A DNA stretch of 64,000 nucleotides. Source: Ignavibacteriota bacterium. Its GTDB lineage: Bacteria; Bacteroidota; Ignavibacteria; Palsa-1295. Each line of letters starts with the position of its first letter. Positions within the stretch are counted from its first letter, which is position 1. The stretch is from positions 128,001-192,000 of the forward strand of contig CAWBEI010000003.1 in assembly GCA_963787835.1 (NCBI GenBank), given 5' to 3'. The position numbers and the translations under genes are program-made. Of the stretch, positions 1-9,383 are shown in pieces. The notes below the pieces were generated by a model that worked only from the letters and a program-made list of their open reading frames with translations, had not been told where the DNA came from and searched no databases.

Positions 1-134
1 CTATCCTGCAACTTGCTTTGATACGCTACCGCCGCCTGAACGATGGACCTGCCTTTCGATGCCTTAGGCTGCGAGTGCGCAACGCATGGAAGAATAACGG
101 CACAAAAAAATAGGATGCAAAATATTTTCCTCAT
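1..134 (-). CDS. 5' part of a secreted hypothetical protein, truncated by the window edge
   Basis: Manual translation from ATG at 134 gives MRKIFCILFFCAVILPCVAHSQPKASKG..., a signal-peptide-like N-terminus, open to position 1; same strand as the upstream genes. Confidence 0.55.
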   Translation of the reverse strand, partial: MRKIFCILFFCAVILPCVAHSQPKASKGRSIVQAAVAYQSKLQD

Positions 135-186
135 TACTCTAAGGAGGTTTTTGAGACAAACTTTAGTTCGCCGATACTGACCTATA

Positions 187-924
187 TCAAAATTGCCAAA
201 CCGCACCGACGGTAACGCGAATATCCCCAGACTTAACACCAGAGGGATCGATGGGATCCGGAAAAGGATTTCCATTCGTTGTAACTCGCGTTGGGCTTGA
301 TTTATAAATGTCAGAGAGTCCCACCGCGTATCCAGCCTCAAACGATAGGATCGGTCCATTATATATTTCGTCCTGGATCCCAAGTGCGCCGTAAATGGAG
401 AGGTCGGTTGACTGAAGATAGGATTTAAGGTTACCTACCGGCGCGAGCGAACCACTCGCAGCTTCGGAAGATTGAAGCAGTGAGCCGATCGAAGGTCCGG
501 CGCAAAGGTAGGGGCGAATCTCCCCGCGACCAAGGGAATATTTGAGCAAGATCGGGATCTCCACATAGCTCATGCTGAAATTATCATTCCCGGAATAGAT
601 CACGTCACCGACCTGACGATTCTTTGCTGCGTTCGCATACTGTTCATCCACACCCTTCAGATCATAGAGCACGTCAGCGCATATCGCCCAGGAATTATCA
701 AACCAATGCTCAAATGTGATCCCCCCGATGACACCCGTCATCATACTCGTGGAAGAATTATCCGGCAGCGTACTAAATGATTCATTCGCAAAGTTCGCAC
801 CAGCACTAACCCCGATCCACGACGTCCCGCCGAGCGATCGGATCGAGAATTGTGCGACAGCGTCAGAAGAAAGCATGACAAGGACACAAAGAATAAGGAT
901 AGATTTCATTACATTCGATTTCAA
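187..924 (-). CDS. Outer-membrane beta-barrel protein (PorT/OMP_b-brl_2-like)
   Basis: Signal peptide; motifs YVEIPILLKY and RPYLCAGPSIG typical of FCB porin-family proteins; C-terminal Phe. Confidence 0.8.
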   Translation of the reverse strand: MKSNVMKSILILCVLVMLSSDAVAQFSIRSLGGTSWIGVSAGANFANESFSTLPDNSSTSMMTGVIGGITFEHWFDNSWAICADVLYDLKGVDEQYANAAKNRQVGDVIYSGNDNFSMSYVEIPILLKYSLGRGEIRPYLCAGPSIGSLLQSSEAASGSLAPVGNLKSYLQSTDLSIYGALGIQDEIYNGPILSFEAGYAVGLSDIYKSSPTRVTTNGNPFPDPIDPSGVKSGDIRVTVGAVWQF

Positions 925-989
925 TGGTTACAAATATAAGCAATTTCTGAAATAATGCGAGAATACCGAGCCTTCCAATAACCGATCCC

Positions 990-3094
990 TCAAAAAGTCC
1001 ATTGCGCAGTTAATTGACTCTCAAGCTGTGGCGTTCTGGTAATAGCTGGAACATCGAAGGTCTGGTCTTTAATTACGGAATACCACACCGACCCGTTGAG
1101 CATGGGTCCCAAACCACCCCATCTTGATAGCGATATAATCAGAATAGGCCCAACGCGTACCTGTTGCTCTAATTGCTCAAAGACAGGTCCGGTCGCTAGC
1201 GAAACAGTGTTCTCTCCTTCGCGGCTTAGGAAAAATCCGCGTGCTCCCGCTTGAACTCTCCACGGTGCCCTGCCGCCAGCCGAAGCCAGGCCCAGCAGCA
1301 GCGATCCGGAAAGTTCGGTGATTCGCGTATCCAACACTTCGCTGAATGCCGGCTGATCGTAGCTGCCTTGTTCCGTTACACGGAGCGTAGCATCTTCTTC
1401 CACTGTAAAGGGCCCAACGGCGCCGGAGAGATTCCCAGTAACGGGCGCTACAACGGAATCCGAAAGTGTAAGCCCGCGCAGCACATAATTCCCAACACCC
1501 GCTAAGGCCGGAACGGAATCCAAAAAATCGAGCACGGTATAGTTCGCGAACACTTCTCCGCTTACCTGAGCGAGTACCGCCTGAGTGTAATATTGTGCGT
1601 TGGTCGTAAGCTCGAGCGATTGTGTGACATTATTTTGAGCGCTTCTGTCACTGAGCAGATATACCAAATGCGTTCGCGCGGCGCGCAGGGATATCCAGGC
1701 ACGCAGGTCATCCGAAAAAATGCGATCGTAACGAGCGTCAGCGCTTGTGACAAGCTCATCGTGGTCATCATCATTCAGCGGACTTGGGGTGTCATAGTTG
1801 AGCAAATTGGCATTGGTCTCGATCTGAAAACGCTCATGCGCATTGGGACGGTATTGCACGGTTGCGCCTGCCTGAGTTATTCGTTGCTCAAAGCTCGATT
1901 CATTCAAAATATCAGCGAATTTCGAGATGGTTGCCGGATCAATTCCCGAAAGCTCGCTGCCAAGCAGTTGCACATTCTCTGTTTTCTGGTCATAGCTCAT
2001 TCGCCCCTGTGCCGACCACTCATTCGAAGCAGCGAGATCGAGCCTGCCACCGATGAGCGTCCGAAGCACCGTTACTTCATTCGGGACCAGTAAACTCGAA
2101 AGCGCAGAAAAACTGCTTGAAGTGAGTTCACTGGACGAAATATCGCTCTGGCGTGTGATCGAACCAGGTTCGAGCACTGCATTCAGCGACGCACTGAGTG
2201 CATTGCCTACGATGGGGTAGTTTAGGGAATCTCGGAGGCTGAGCGAAAGCTCGGTACGTTCTTGCTTGATCGGAGCGGCACTTGAATCATTATTGTAAAA
2301 AAAATCCCGCCGGACCAGACCGGCATCGAGATAGACGTGATTGGAATCCAGCGTTCCAGCGCCTCCCACCGCGCTAACGGCCCCAAACGATGCGTGATCG
2401 CTGGAATATCGTTGGTCGCCGGCGCGGAAGAACCGCTCATCCACGCTGGCACCGGCAGCGATCGCAGTATTGTCAGATACAAGTTCCGATGGTGCATAAA
2501 ATACGCCCCGAACCGTTGGCCCGACTGCAGTGCCGACACCGGATTGAGATTCTACCGCTACCCCTGCCGCTGCTTCAAAGTCTAGATCAGAACCCGATGG
2601 TAAGACACGAAGTCCCGCCACGCCGAACCCATCGGACGCGCTGGGAACCAACGATGCCGCCGAAAAACCCGAAAGCCGCTGGTTGCATACGAACTTCCAC
2701 AGATCAGAATCATCGGGCGCAGTGAACCGCCATTCAACGGGGCATCGGCATAGAGCGAGTCGATCGTGGAGGTCGTTCGGATCGAATTATCCTGCAACAA
2801 TCTCGAAGCTCCCTCCAAGTGAATGGTATCGATTCCCACGCTATTGGATCTCGCAAATGCGGGCGATACCGGCGAACCATACTCGAATCGGCCGTGAGAT
2901 TCATAGATAGAGAGAAGATGATCGAAAGAAAAATACGCTCCGTTAGGAATATTCCATATCGGCATCATGGAAGAATCCGGGCGGATCGCGAAATGGGCCG
3001 TATCGATCAACCCCTGAGCGTCAGCGTTCGGGAGCGAAAACGCACCTAAGCACAAGACCATTAGTAGCAACGAATAGAGAGCACCGCGAACCAT
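990..3094 (-). CDS. Probable outer-membrane beta-barrel protein split by a 1-bp frameshift near 2676 (ORFs 2582..3157 and 990..2651)
   Basis: N-terminal ORF has a signal peptide (MVRGALYSLLLMVLCLGAFSLPNADAQ); adding one base at agcgg/ctt gives a continuous ...ATSGLSGFSAASLVPSASDG...; ends in AQWTF. Confidence 0.6.
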
Positions 3095-3193
3095 TCCCTG
3101 CAAAAATACCCATCCAACGACCCCTGTCCGGTAATTTTGATGGATTTCATTTGCCACTTCTGCGTGTTAACGCTTTCCACTATGCGATCAGAT

Positions 3194-4138
3194 ATGCTTT
3201 CACGAGAAATCGAAGCCCCCGCGAATGACTGGATTTCCGGCAGTGAGGACTCTGAGTTGCGCTCCCTGTTTTCCCTCCTGGACGACCCGGACGAGCGCAT
3301 CGCACAAGCCGTAACCGACCGAATTCTCCAGCGTGGAAGCGAGGCCATTGCGCCGCTTGCTATCTTTGCCGAGCGCGCCGATAGCACCCTTGCCAGAACG
3401 CGCGCCGAGCGAATTACGGCCGAATTCAGCGCCGGTTACCTTACCCGTGAATTTGAAACCCTTGCCATACAGTTCGCCGAAGGTAATCGGGTAGCATTCG
3501 AAAATGGGCTGCTCCTCATCGCTCGGTTTGGTAACCCACTCTTAAAGGTCGATCATATTCGCAGAGAGCTTGATGGGTTCGCCCAATTGCTCAATTACAG
3601 ATTAGCACGGGTTTCATCCGCGCTTGAGATCCTGGATGAGGTCAATCAATTCTTTTTCGAGGACCTGCGCTTCCGGGGAAACCAGACAAAATTCTTAGAG
3701 CCGGAGAACAGCTATATCGACCGCGTCATCGAGCGGCGCACGGGAATACCGATCTCGCTTGCGGCGGTCTATTTGTTGATCGTTCGCACGCGGCTGGGGT
3801 TACCGTTCTCCGGCGCAAGCGCACCGGGGCATTTCCTTGTCCGCTATGATGGCTTGCGCGGCGAACCGCTGTTCATCGATGCCTTCAATGGCGGCGTCAT
3901 CCTGCGCGAGCGGGACATCAAGCATTATCTCGAAGCCTCCGGCCTTCCCTTCCACAAACAATTTTTGGATCCAGCGCCTCCCAGAGCCATCTTGCTCCGG
4001 ATGCTTCGCAACCTTATCATCGTCTTTAGCGAGCAAGGCAACGCTCCGGCGCGGACAGCCATCGAACGTTTTATGCATGTCCTTGCGCCAAATTCGAGTG
4101 AAGCGCAGGAATTCCTGAGAGGCCTTGAAGAGCATTAA
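3194..4138 (+). CDS. Transglutaminase-like SirB1-family protein
   Basis: ENSYIDRVIERRTGIPISLA, PGHFLVRY, FIDAFNGG and ILLRMLRNL motifs of Transglut_core2. Confidence 0.85.
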   Translation: MLSREIEAPANDWISGSEDSELRSLFSLLDDPDERIAQAVTDRILQRGSEAIAPLAIFAERADSTLARTRAERITAEFSAGYLTREFETLAIQFAEGNRVAFENGLLLIARFGNPLLKVDHIRRELDGFAQLLNYRLARVSSALEILDEVNQFFFEDLRFRGNQTKFLEPENSYIDRVIERRTGIPISLAAVYLLIVRTRLGLPFSGASAPGHFLVRYDGLRGEPLFIDAFNGGVILRERDIKHYLEASGLPFHKQFLDPAPPRAILLRMLRNLIIVFSEQGNAPARTAIERFMHVLAPNSSEAQEFLRGLEEH

Positions 4139-4192
4139 TAGTCGCACCCAGCGACGGAGAGAACAAGTGTTAATTACCCTAAACATTCCCGC

Positions 4193-5131
4193 GTGAGTCA
4201 TCCCAAGATCGTTTCCGGACGAAGCAATGTGAAATTCGCCGAGAATGTCGCCGCGACGCTCGGAGTCCCTCTGGCAAGTGTGCGTATTAAAAATTTCGCC
4301 GATGGCGAAATTTGGGTGAAGTACGATGAGAACATCCGTGGCGAGGATCTTTTTATCATCCAATCGACGATGCCGCCGGCGGATAATCTGTTCGAGCTTC
4401 TCATGCTGATCGATGCCGCCGTTCGCGCAAGCGCAAAGCGCATCACGGCCGTCATCCCCTACTTTGGCTATGCCCGTCAGGACCGCAAGGATCAGCCCCG
4501 TGTTGCGATCACGAGCAAACTTGTCGCCAACCTCATCACCACCGCCGGCGCGGACCGCGTGATCGCGATGGATCTTCACGCACCGCAGCTCCAGGGATTT
4601 TTCGATATTCCTGTCGATCATCTATATGCTTCGAACACGTTCGTAAAATATTTCAAGGAAGAAAAGATCAAGCAGATGATCGTGGCGTCGCCGGATGTCG
4701 GTGGAACGAAAATGGCGCGCTCCTATGCCAAACGGTTCGATTCCGATCTGATCGTCATCGATAAACGCCGCCCCGCGCCGAACGTGGCCGAAGTGATGAA
4801 CATTATCGGTAATCCGGCTGGAAAAAATGTTATTCTCATCGACGATCTCATCGATACAGGTGGCACGTTCACCAATGCAGCCGTTGCTTTAAAGGCAGCG
4901 GGAGCGAAAGCCATTTATGGCGCGTGTACCCATCCCGTACTCAGTGGAGATGCGATCAGGCGCATCGAGGAATCCCCGCTCGAATCATTGATCGTGGCCG
5001 ATACGATCCCGCTCAGGAGAAAGTCGCCCAAGATCAAAGTCAAATCCGTCTCGAAAGTATTTGCCGAAGCCATCAAGCGCACGCACGAGGACCGGTCTAT
5101 CTCCTCGCTGTTCGAGGTGGAGAAGGGGTAG
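4193..5131 (+). CDS. prs: Ribose-phosphate pyrophosphokinase
   Basis: FADGE, PYFGYARQDRK, DLHAPQLQGFFD and LIDDLIDTGGT motifs. Confidence 0.97.
   Translation: MSHPKIVSGRSNVKFAENVAATLGVPLASVRIKNFADGEIWVKYDENIRGEDLFIIQSTMPPADNLFELLMLIDAAVRASAKRITAVIPYFGYARQDRKDQPRVAITSKLVANLITTAGADRVIAMDLHAPQLQGFFDIPVDHLYASNTFVKYFKEEKIKQMIVASPDVGGTKMARSYAKRFDSDLIVIDKRRPAPNVAEVMNIIGNPAGKNVILIDDLIDTGGTFTNAAVALKAAGAKAIYGACTHPVLSGDAIRRIEESPLESLIVADTIPLRRKSPKIKVKSVSKVFAEAIKRTHEDRSISSLFEVEKG
5055..5124 (+). repeat. Direct repeat, copy 1 (3' end of prs)
   Basis: 70 bp matching 5761-5830 with 4 mismatches. Confidence 0.9.
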
Positions 5132-5177
5132 TTGAGTGAGCATTAAGTCATAGCCGTTGTAGAAATAGAACGAAATA

Positions 5178-5498
5178 ATGACATTTGAACTCCGAGCTTA
5201 TGAATCGAAGATTGGCAAGAATTACTATCGCGAATGGGTTGAGAGTCTTGATGAAAGAACGGTCAACATCATAGACCGCCGTCTATTGCGACTGGAACTT
5301 GGCAATTTCGGCGATGTGAAGCCAATTGGCGATGGACTCTCAGAATTGCGAATTGACCTTGGCCCCGGATACCGCGTTTATTTCGGACGCCAGAACCGGG
5401 AAATTATTCTGCTATTATGTGGTTCTGATAAAAGCGGACAGGAGCGCGCAATCGCCAAAGCTAAGGAACTATGGGGCGAATACAGGGAGACAACATAA
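5178..5498 (+). CDS. RelE/ParE-superfamily type II toxin (addiction module killer, HI1419-like)
   Basis: RLELGNFGDVKPIGDGLSELRIDLGPGYRVYF...LLLCGSDK signature. Confidence 0.92.
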   Translation: MTFELRAYESKIGKNYYREWVESLDERTVNIIDRRLLRLELGNFGDVKPIGDGLSELRIDLGPGYRVYFGRQNREIILLLCGSDKSGQERAIAKAKELWGEYRETT

Positions 5499-5758
5499 TG
5501 CCTACAATCTCATTCGATGAAATATTGAAAGACCATCTGCAAGACCCCGAGCGGGTTGCGATATTCCTCAACGATGCCGTTGAGAGTGGCAATTCCGAGG
5601 AAATTGCACAGGCGATTGAAAAAGTCATGATGGTTCACGGCGATAGCGCAACCTGGAGCATGCTTTCGCTATACGTTCCAAAAATCCTGTCGCAACTCGA
5701 AAAATATGGCTTGAGCCTCGCATTCCGGCCAAGCTCCGCTGCCCTTCATTCACATTGA
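5498..5758 (+). CDS. Putative addiction-module antitoxin (HI1420-like, degenerate HTH)
   Basis: TAATG overlap with the toxin stop; N-terminal HLQDPERVAIFLNDA and C-terminal KILSQLEKYGLSL resemble the family, but the central HTH looks shortened. Confidence 0.65.
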   Translation: MPTISFDEILKDHLQDPERVAIFLNDAVESGNSEEIAQAIEKVMMVHGDSATWSMLSLYVPKILSQLEKYGLSLAFRPSSAALHSH

Positions 5759-5760
5759 TG

Positions 5761-5830
5761 AAGTATTTGCCGAAGCCATCAAACGCACGCACGAGGATCG
5801 GTCTATCTCCTCACTGTTCGAGGTGTAGAA
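5761..5830 (+). repeat. Direct repeat, copy 2 (duplicated prs 3' end, ending GTG TAG)
   Basis: aagtatttgccgaagccatcaaacgcacgcacgaggatcggtctatctcctcactgttcgaggtgtagaa. Confidence 0.9.
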
Positions 5831-5861
5831 TGAATGAGGTAGAGACCAGTTTTTATTAACC

Positions 5862-5889
5862 CAATAAGGATTCCTCAATAAGGATTCCT
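5862..5889. repeat. 14-bp tandem repeat (caataaggattcct x2)
   Basis: Seen directly. Confidence 0.8.
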
Positions 5890-5932
5890 TAAATTTTTCT
5901 ATTAATGCAAAAAGTTAATGTGAAAGTTTAAG

Positions 5933-5962
5933 GAAAGCCCACTGTAGCTACAGTGGGCTTTC
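5933..5962. terminator. Perfect 30-bp palindrome, likely terminator between convergent units
   Basis: gaaagcccactgtag/ctacagtgggctttc; T-rich tract follows on the minus strand downstream of 6034..6285. Confidence 0.7.
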
Positions 5963-6033
5963 GGTGCCATTTAACACTAACTAGTAAATATGCTGGAAAG
6001 AGTATGAAATTGTATCGTGGATCTCATATTTCA

Positions 6034-6285
6034 TTAACCATGACCAAAAGTTCCGAAGTCGATCCAATTGTCATCATCACATCCTTCGCCCCAAACATTT
6101 CCGTGACAATCGTCGTAAAGTTCGAAAGTCTCAGGCCCTGATCCACCTGTACCGGACTGTGCCTTTACTGTCAATGTTCCTTTATAGTCGGTGATATCAT
6201 CTAGATTGGGAGCAACTGCGAAACAATTTGTAGACGAAATTATGAGAATTGCTACCCCACTTAAGAATAGTTGAATTGTTTTCAT
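6034..6285 (-). CDS. Small secreted protein, acidic/Trp-rich C-terminus with 2 Cys
   Basis: Signal peptide MKTIQLFLSGVAILIISSTNCFA; directly follows the T9SS gene. Confidence 0.6.
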   Translation of the reverse strand: MKTIQLFLSGVAILIISSTNCFAVAPNLDDITDYKGTLTVKAQSGTGGSGPETFELYDDCHGNVWGEGCDDDNWIDFGTFGHG

Positions 6286-6321
6286 TGGTTTTGATTGATT
6301 AACTTAATGTTACATTACTCT

Positions 6322-7413
6322 TCATTGGGATGATTTAATTTGGAATTTGCCCGAAGAGCTCATTCCTTCCGAAGAAACTCTAATGATGTAATTCCCATCC
6401 TTAAATCCAGCTGTGGGGACATCAAAAGCATTAATACCTGTTGAAATATCAACTTGCTTAGAGTATATTTCCCTACCAACAACATCAAATATTTGAATTA
6501 GACCAGCATCGGTAAAATTCGATGAAAAGGTCAAAGAAAGGCCACCTGTTATTTGTGTCATTGTCTTAAGACTTAGTGTACTCCCGTTTATGGGATTGCT
6601 AGAAGGATTCCCGACTTTTTTCAAGCCTGGATCATAAGGATAACCCTCCTGATAAGTAAAGATACCAACGAAATCTGGCTGAAATGTTGACGCATTATTA
6701 TTTGGGTTAATCCCGGTTTGCCCAGTATAGGTAGGATTTGAGCCTGACGGGAGACTATTCACTACTCGAATTGCGAGATAGACACTCTGACCTGTTCGGG
6801 GTGTTGGAACATCTGGAGTTATTAATGCAAGGCTATATGAAGGCGGATAATTCTGATAACGAAGTTGACTCGATGAATTCAAGTAGCACTTTGTGGTATC
6901 GCTAGACCATATAACCGAATCTGAGGCAACGAGTCTTAGTTCTGTAATAAATAGCACAGACGAAGTTGAGGAAAACACTGCCGACGATGGCGTGGCATTG
7001 AAACCCGCATAAGCACTTCGCCAAACTGAATCTCCTAATTGCAAAGTTGTTTGCGCTTGAGCAAGACCCCGTGTGGTTGTCATTTTAGAATAATTGTCAT
7101 AATTGACGAATCTACTAGCCCATATCGTATCATCGGTTCCAGATAAAGTAAATGGCTCAGTTTTTAGATAGTTGTTAGGAAATGCTCCTGAAGTATCCAT
7201 AGAGTAAGCAAGGAAGCTACGTGTTCCACCTTGGCTCCAAATAACTGGGCCATGAATATACTTAATAATTGTTCCGTCTGAGAATGTGTACCACATCTGC
7301 CTTACCTGGCTTGTGTCCGAGGAATTTGCACAGCAAATTGAGTTATCAAAGGCAATAATGTTTATGATGCAAGTGACAATTAGAAGAACATCTCGGCTGA
7401 TTCTTGATAGCAT
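6322..7413 (-). CDS. Secreted protein with T9SS C-terminal sorting domain
   Basis: Signal peptide; C-terminal IQIFDVVGREI...GNYIIRV...KFQIK. Confidence 0.8.
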   Translation of the reverse strand: MLSRISRDVLLIVTCIINIIAFDNSICCANSSDTSQVRQMWYTFSDGTIIKYIHGPVIWSQGGTRSFLAYSMDTSGAFPNNYLKTEPFTLSGTDDTIWASRFVNYDNYSKMTTTRGLAQAQTTLQLGDSVWRSAYAGFNATPSSAVFSSTSSVLFITELRLVASDSVIWSSDTTKCYLNSSSQLRYQNYPPSYSLALITPDVPTPRTGQSVYLAIRVVNSLPSGSNPTYTGQTGINPNNNASTFQPDFVGIFTYQEGYPYDPGLKKVGNPSSNPINGSTLSLKTMTQITGGLSLTFSSNFTDAGLIQIFDVVGREIYSKQVDISTGINAFDVPTAGFKDGNYIIRVSSEGMSSSGKFQIKSSQ

Positions 7414-7509
7414 CTTGTATTTTAGTTTAAATTGTGAAAAGAGCGACTCATTACATTGTTGGATAGTGCTTTTTCATCTCCGCAATTCCGAACTTGAATT
7501 TGAATATTT

Positions 7510-8067
7510 CTAAGAATTATTTTTATCCCGTTTGGCATTATTCTTGCTGGGGGGGGGTATAATTCCCAATCTCATAGCAGTCTCTCTTGCTTTTTTCTTG
7601 GCGTTCTCATATCTGTCATAAATCGCTTTTCGAGGTTTATCCTCGGTTCTAGCAATTTCATCGAATGTTTGTCCCTCATAATCAATAGATTTGATTATCT
7701 CCGAATATCTTTTGTGGATCTTCGCAAAAATTCGTTCGATAGCTTCCGCTGCTTCATAGCTCTCCGTTGCTCTATCGGGTTCCGCAGGTTCCACCACAAG
7801 ATCATCGAGATGTGTCACCCTGCTCTGCTTCCTGCGTTCTCGCTGGTAAAGTCGCTCAGCAGTCGAAAGAAGCCATGAAAATGGTTTTTCAGGTTTGCGA
7901 ATATTAAGAATTCTCTCACGATCTGAAAACTCAATTTGTGCGCCTTGCGTGGCATCTTCTATTGATGAAGGATCGGCATTAAAGTGTCTTTTTTGAAGTG
8001 CGCGAACAACACTTGGCCCTTTTGCCACCGCATTTGCGACAAGATTATTATACTCAGCCTCGGACAT
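7510..8067 (-). CDS. Divergent ECF-type sigma-70 factor
   Basis: Region-2-like IEDATQ...FSWLLSTAERLYQRERRK and region-4-like YEGQTFDEIA HTH. Confidence 0.7.
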   Translation of the reverse strand: MSEAEYNNLVANAVAKGPSVVRALQKRHFNADPSSIEDATQGAQIEFSDRERILNIRKPEKPFSWLLSTAERLYQRERRKQSRVTHLDDLVVEPAEPDRATESYEAAEAIERIFAKIHKRYSEIIKSIDYEGQTFDEIARTEDKPRKAIYDRYENAKKKARETAMRLGIIPPPSKNNAKRDKNNS

Positions 8068-8255
8068 GGTCTTCGAGCAATAATGTTAAGGATCACAGCA
8101 AACCGGAAAATTTCCTTGTAATCCAAAGACGAACGAAGTAATGAAAACAAAGGAAAACGGTTTTGTTCCTGCTTAATAATAAAATAATTTAAGCCTCTGT
8201 AATCGTCAACGAATTTGAAATCATCCGAAATCTGGAATGCATGGTCGCGCAAAAC

Positions 8256-8278
8256 GGACGTGCGCAGCACGTCCCTAC
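8256..8278 (-). repeat. GTAG-type REP-like hairpin
   Basis: Reverse strand gtag-ggacgtgc-tgc-gcacgtcc. Confidence 0.7.
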
Positions 8279-8314
8279 GGTTGTCGAATTTTCAAAAAAT
8301 AATTTCGGATATCC

Positions 8315-8343
8315 TTGCTTTTGGGTTTTGGGTGTCGTATATT
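8315..8343 (+). promoter_or_regulatory. Putative sigma70-type promoter driving the repeated element
   Basis: TTGCTT-17 bp-TATATT; the TGTCGTATATTAGG part is conserved in copy 2. Confidence 0.5.
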
Positions 8344-8562
8344 AGGTGGTGAGATGATAGGCACCTATATCAATTTTCAATTAAGAATTGAGAATTAAGA
8401 ATAGGGGCTTTAAGAGTTCATTGACAATCATTCGCTTGGCTTTCGTTATGAACGAGTTCTTCGTGAAAGCAAATTATCCACATTTGCCGGAGCAAGTGGC
8501 GAAATTAGCTCGGAATCGAGGGTGGGTCGGGAAATCACAAGAAAAAGAAATGGCACCTATTT
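8333..8562 (+). other. Dispersed non-coding element, copy 1 (candidate structured ncRNA or MITE)
   Basis: Homologous to the reverse complement of 43544-43760; internal hairpin and terminal ggcacctat repeats. Confidence 0.75.
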
Positions 8563-8659
8563 CTTGGAGACATTGCAAACCATGACGCTCAACTTCACGG
8601 CATATTATTGGGCTTCTCCCACTCCACATGCTATCATATCGTAATTTTGCGATACATTC

Positions 8660-9367
8660 ATGCCACGCCCCGATTTCCATATCGAACATCTCAGCAAGAC
8701 GTACCAGATGGGCGAAGTGCTCGTCACGGCGCTGAAGGATGTTACGTTCGATCTGAAAGCGGGCGAACTCGTCGTTATTCTTGGCGCAAGCGGCAGCGGG
8801 AAATCCACGCTTCTCAACATTATCGGAGGGCTTGACACGCCTACCACCGGGTCTGTCAAGTATGGCGATCTTTCACTCACCACCGCTGTGGATAAAACGC
8901 TGACTATGTTCCGCCGTGCGCATATCGGGTTTGTGTTTCAGTTCTATAATCTGATTCCCAGCCTGACTGCGCTCGAAAACGTCCAGCTTGTAACGGATAT
9001 TGCGGCGAATCCCATGTCTGCCGAAGAAGCACTCAAGCGTGTTGGCCTGAGCGACAGGCTCTATCACTTCCCAGCCCAGCTTTCGGGCGGCGAACAGCAG
9101 CGCATAGCTATCGCGCGCGCCATCGCAAAACGTCCGGACATTCTGCTCTGCGATGAACCCACCGGCGCACTCGATTACACCACCGGCATCACCGTTCTGG
9201 AAACACTGGAACAAGTTCACAAGGAACTCGGAACGACAACGGTGATCATCACGCACAATTCCGCCATTGCGGAAATGGCGGACCGGGTGATCCACATGAG
9301 CAGCGGAGAAATTCTCGAGATAAAAGAGAACGCATCACGCGTATCACCCTCCGAGCTTCGCTGGTAA
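8660..9367 (+). CDS. ABC transporter ATP-binding protein (LolD/MacB type)
   Basis: [28 protein letters not shown]; TAATTTTG -7 motif just upstream. Confidence 0.95.
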   Translation: MPRPDFHIEHLSKTYQMGEVLVTALKDVTFDLKAGELVVILGASGSGKSTLLNIIGGLDTPTTGSVKYGDLSLTTAVDKTLTMFRRAHIGFVFQFYNLIPSLTALENVQLVTDIAANPMSAEEALKRVGLSDRLYHFPAQLSGGEQQRIAIARAIAKRPDILLCDEPTGALDYTTGITVLETLEQVHKELGTTTVIITHNSAIAEMADRVIHMSSGEILEIKENASRVSPSELRW

Positions 9368-9383
9368 ATATGAATGTATAGAA

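Noticed and set aside
3800-4621. Long antisense/alternative-frame ORFs (e.g. 3800..4621, 10325..11032, 20420..21013, 33105..33782)
   Set aside because: They overlap well-supported genes and have no motifs; shadow ORFs
8388-8585. Small ORFs 8388..8585 and 43434..43688 as a conserved peptide family (FVMN.FF, VG.SQ...MAPI)
   Set aside because: The DNA alignment has frame-breaking indels in the middle and different starts and stops; similarity follows from the nucleotide repeat
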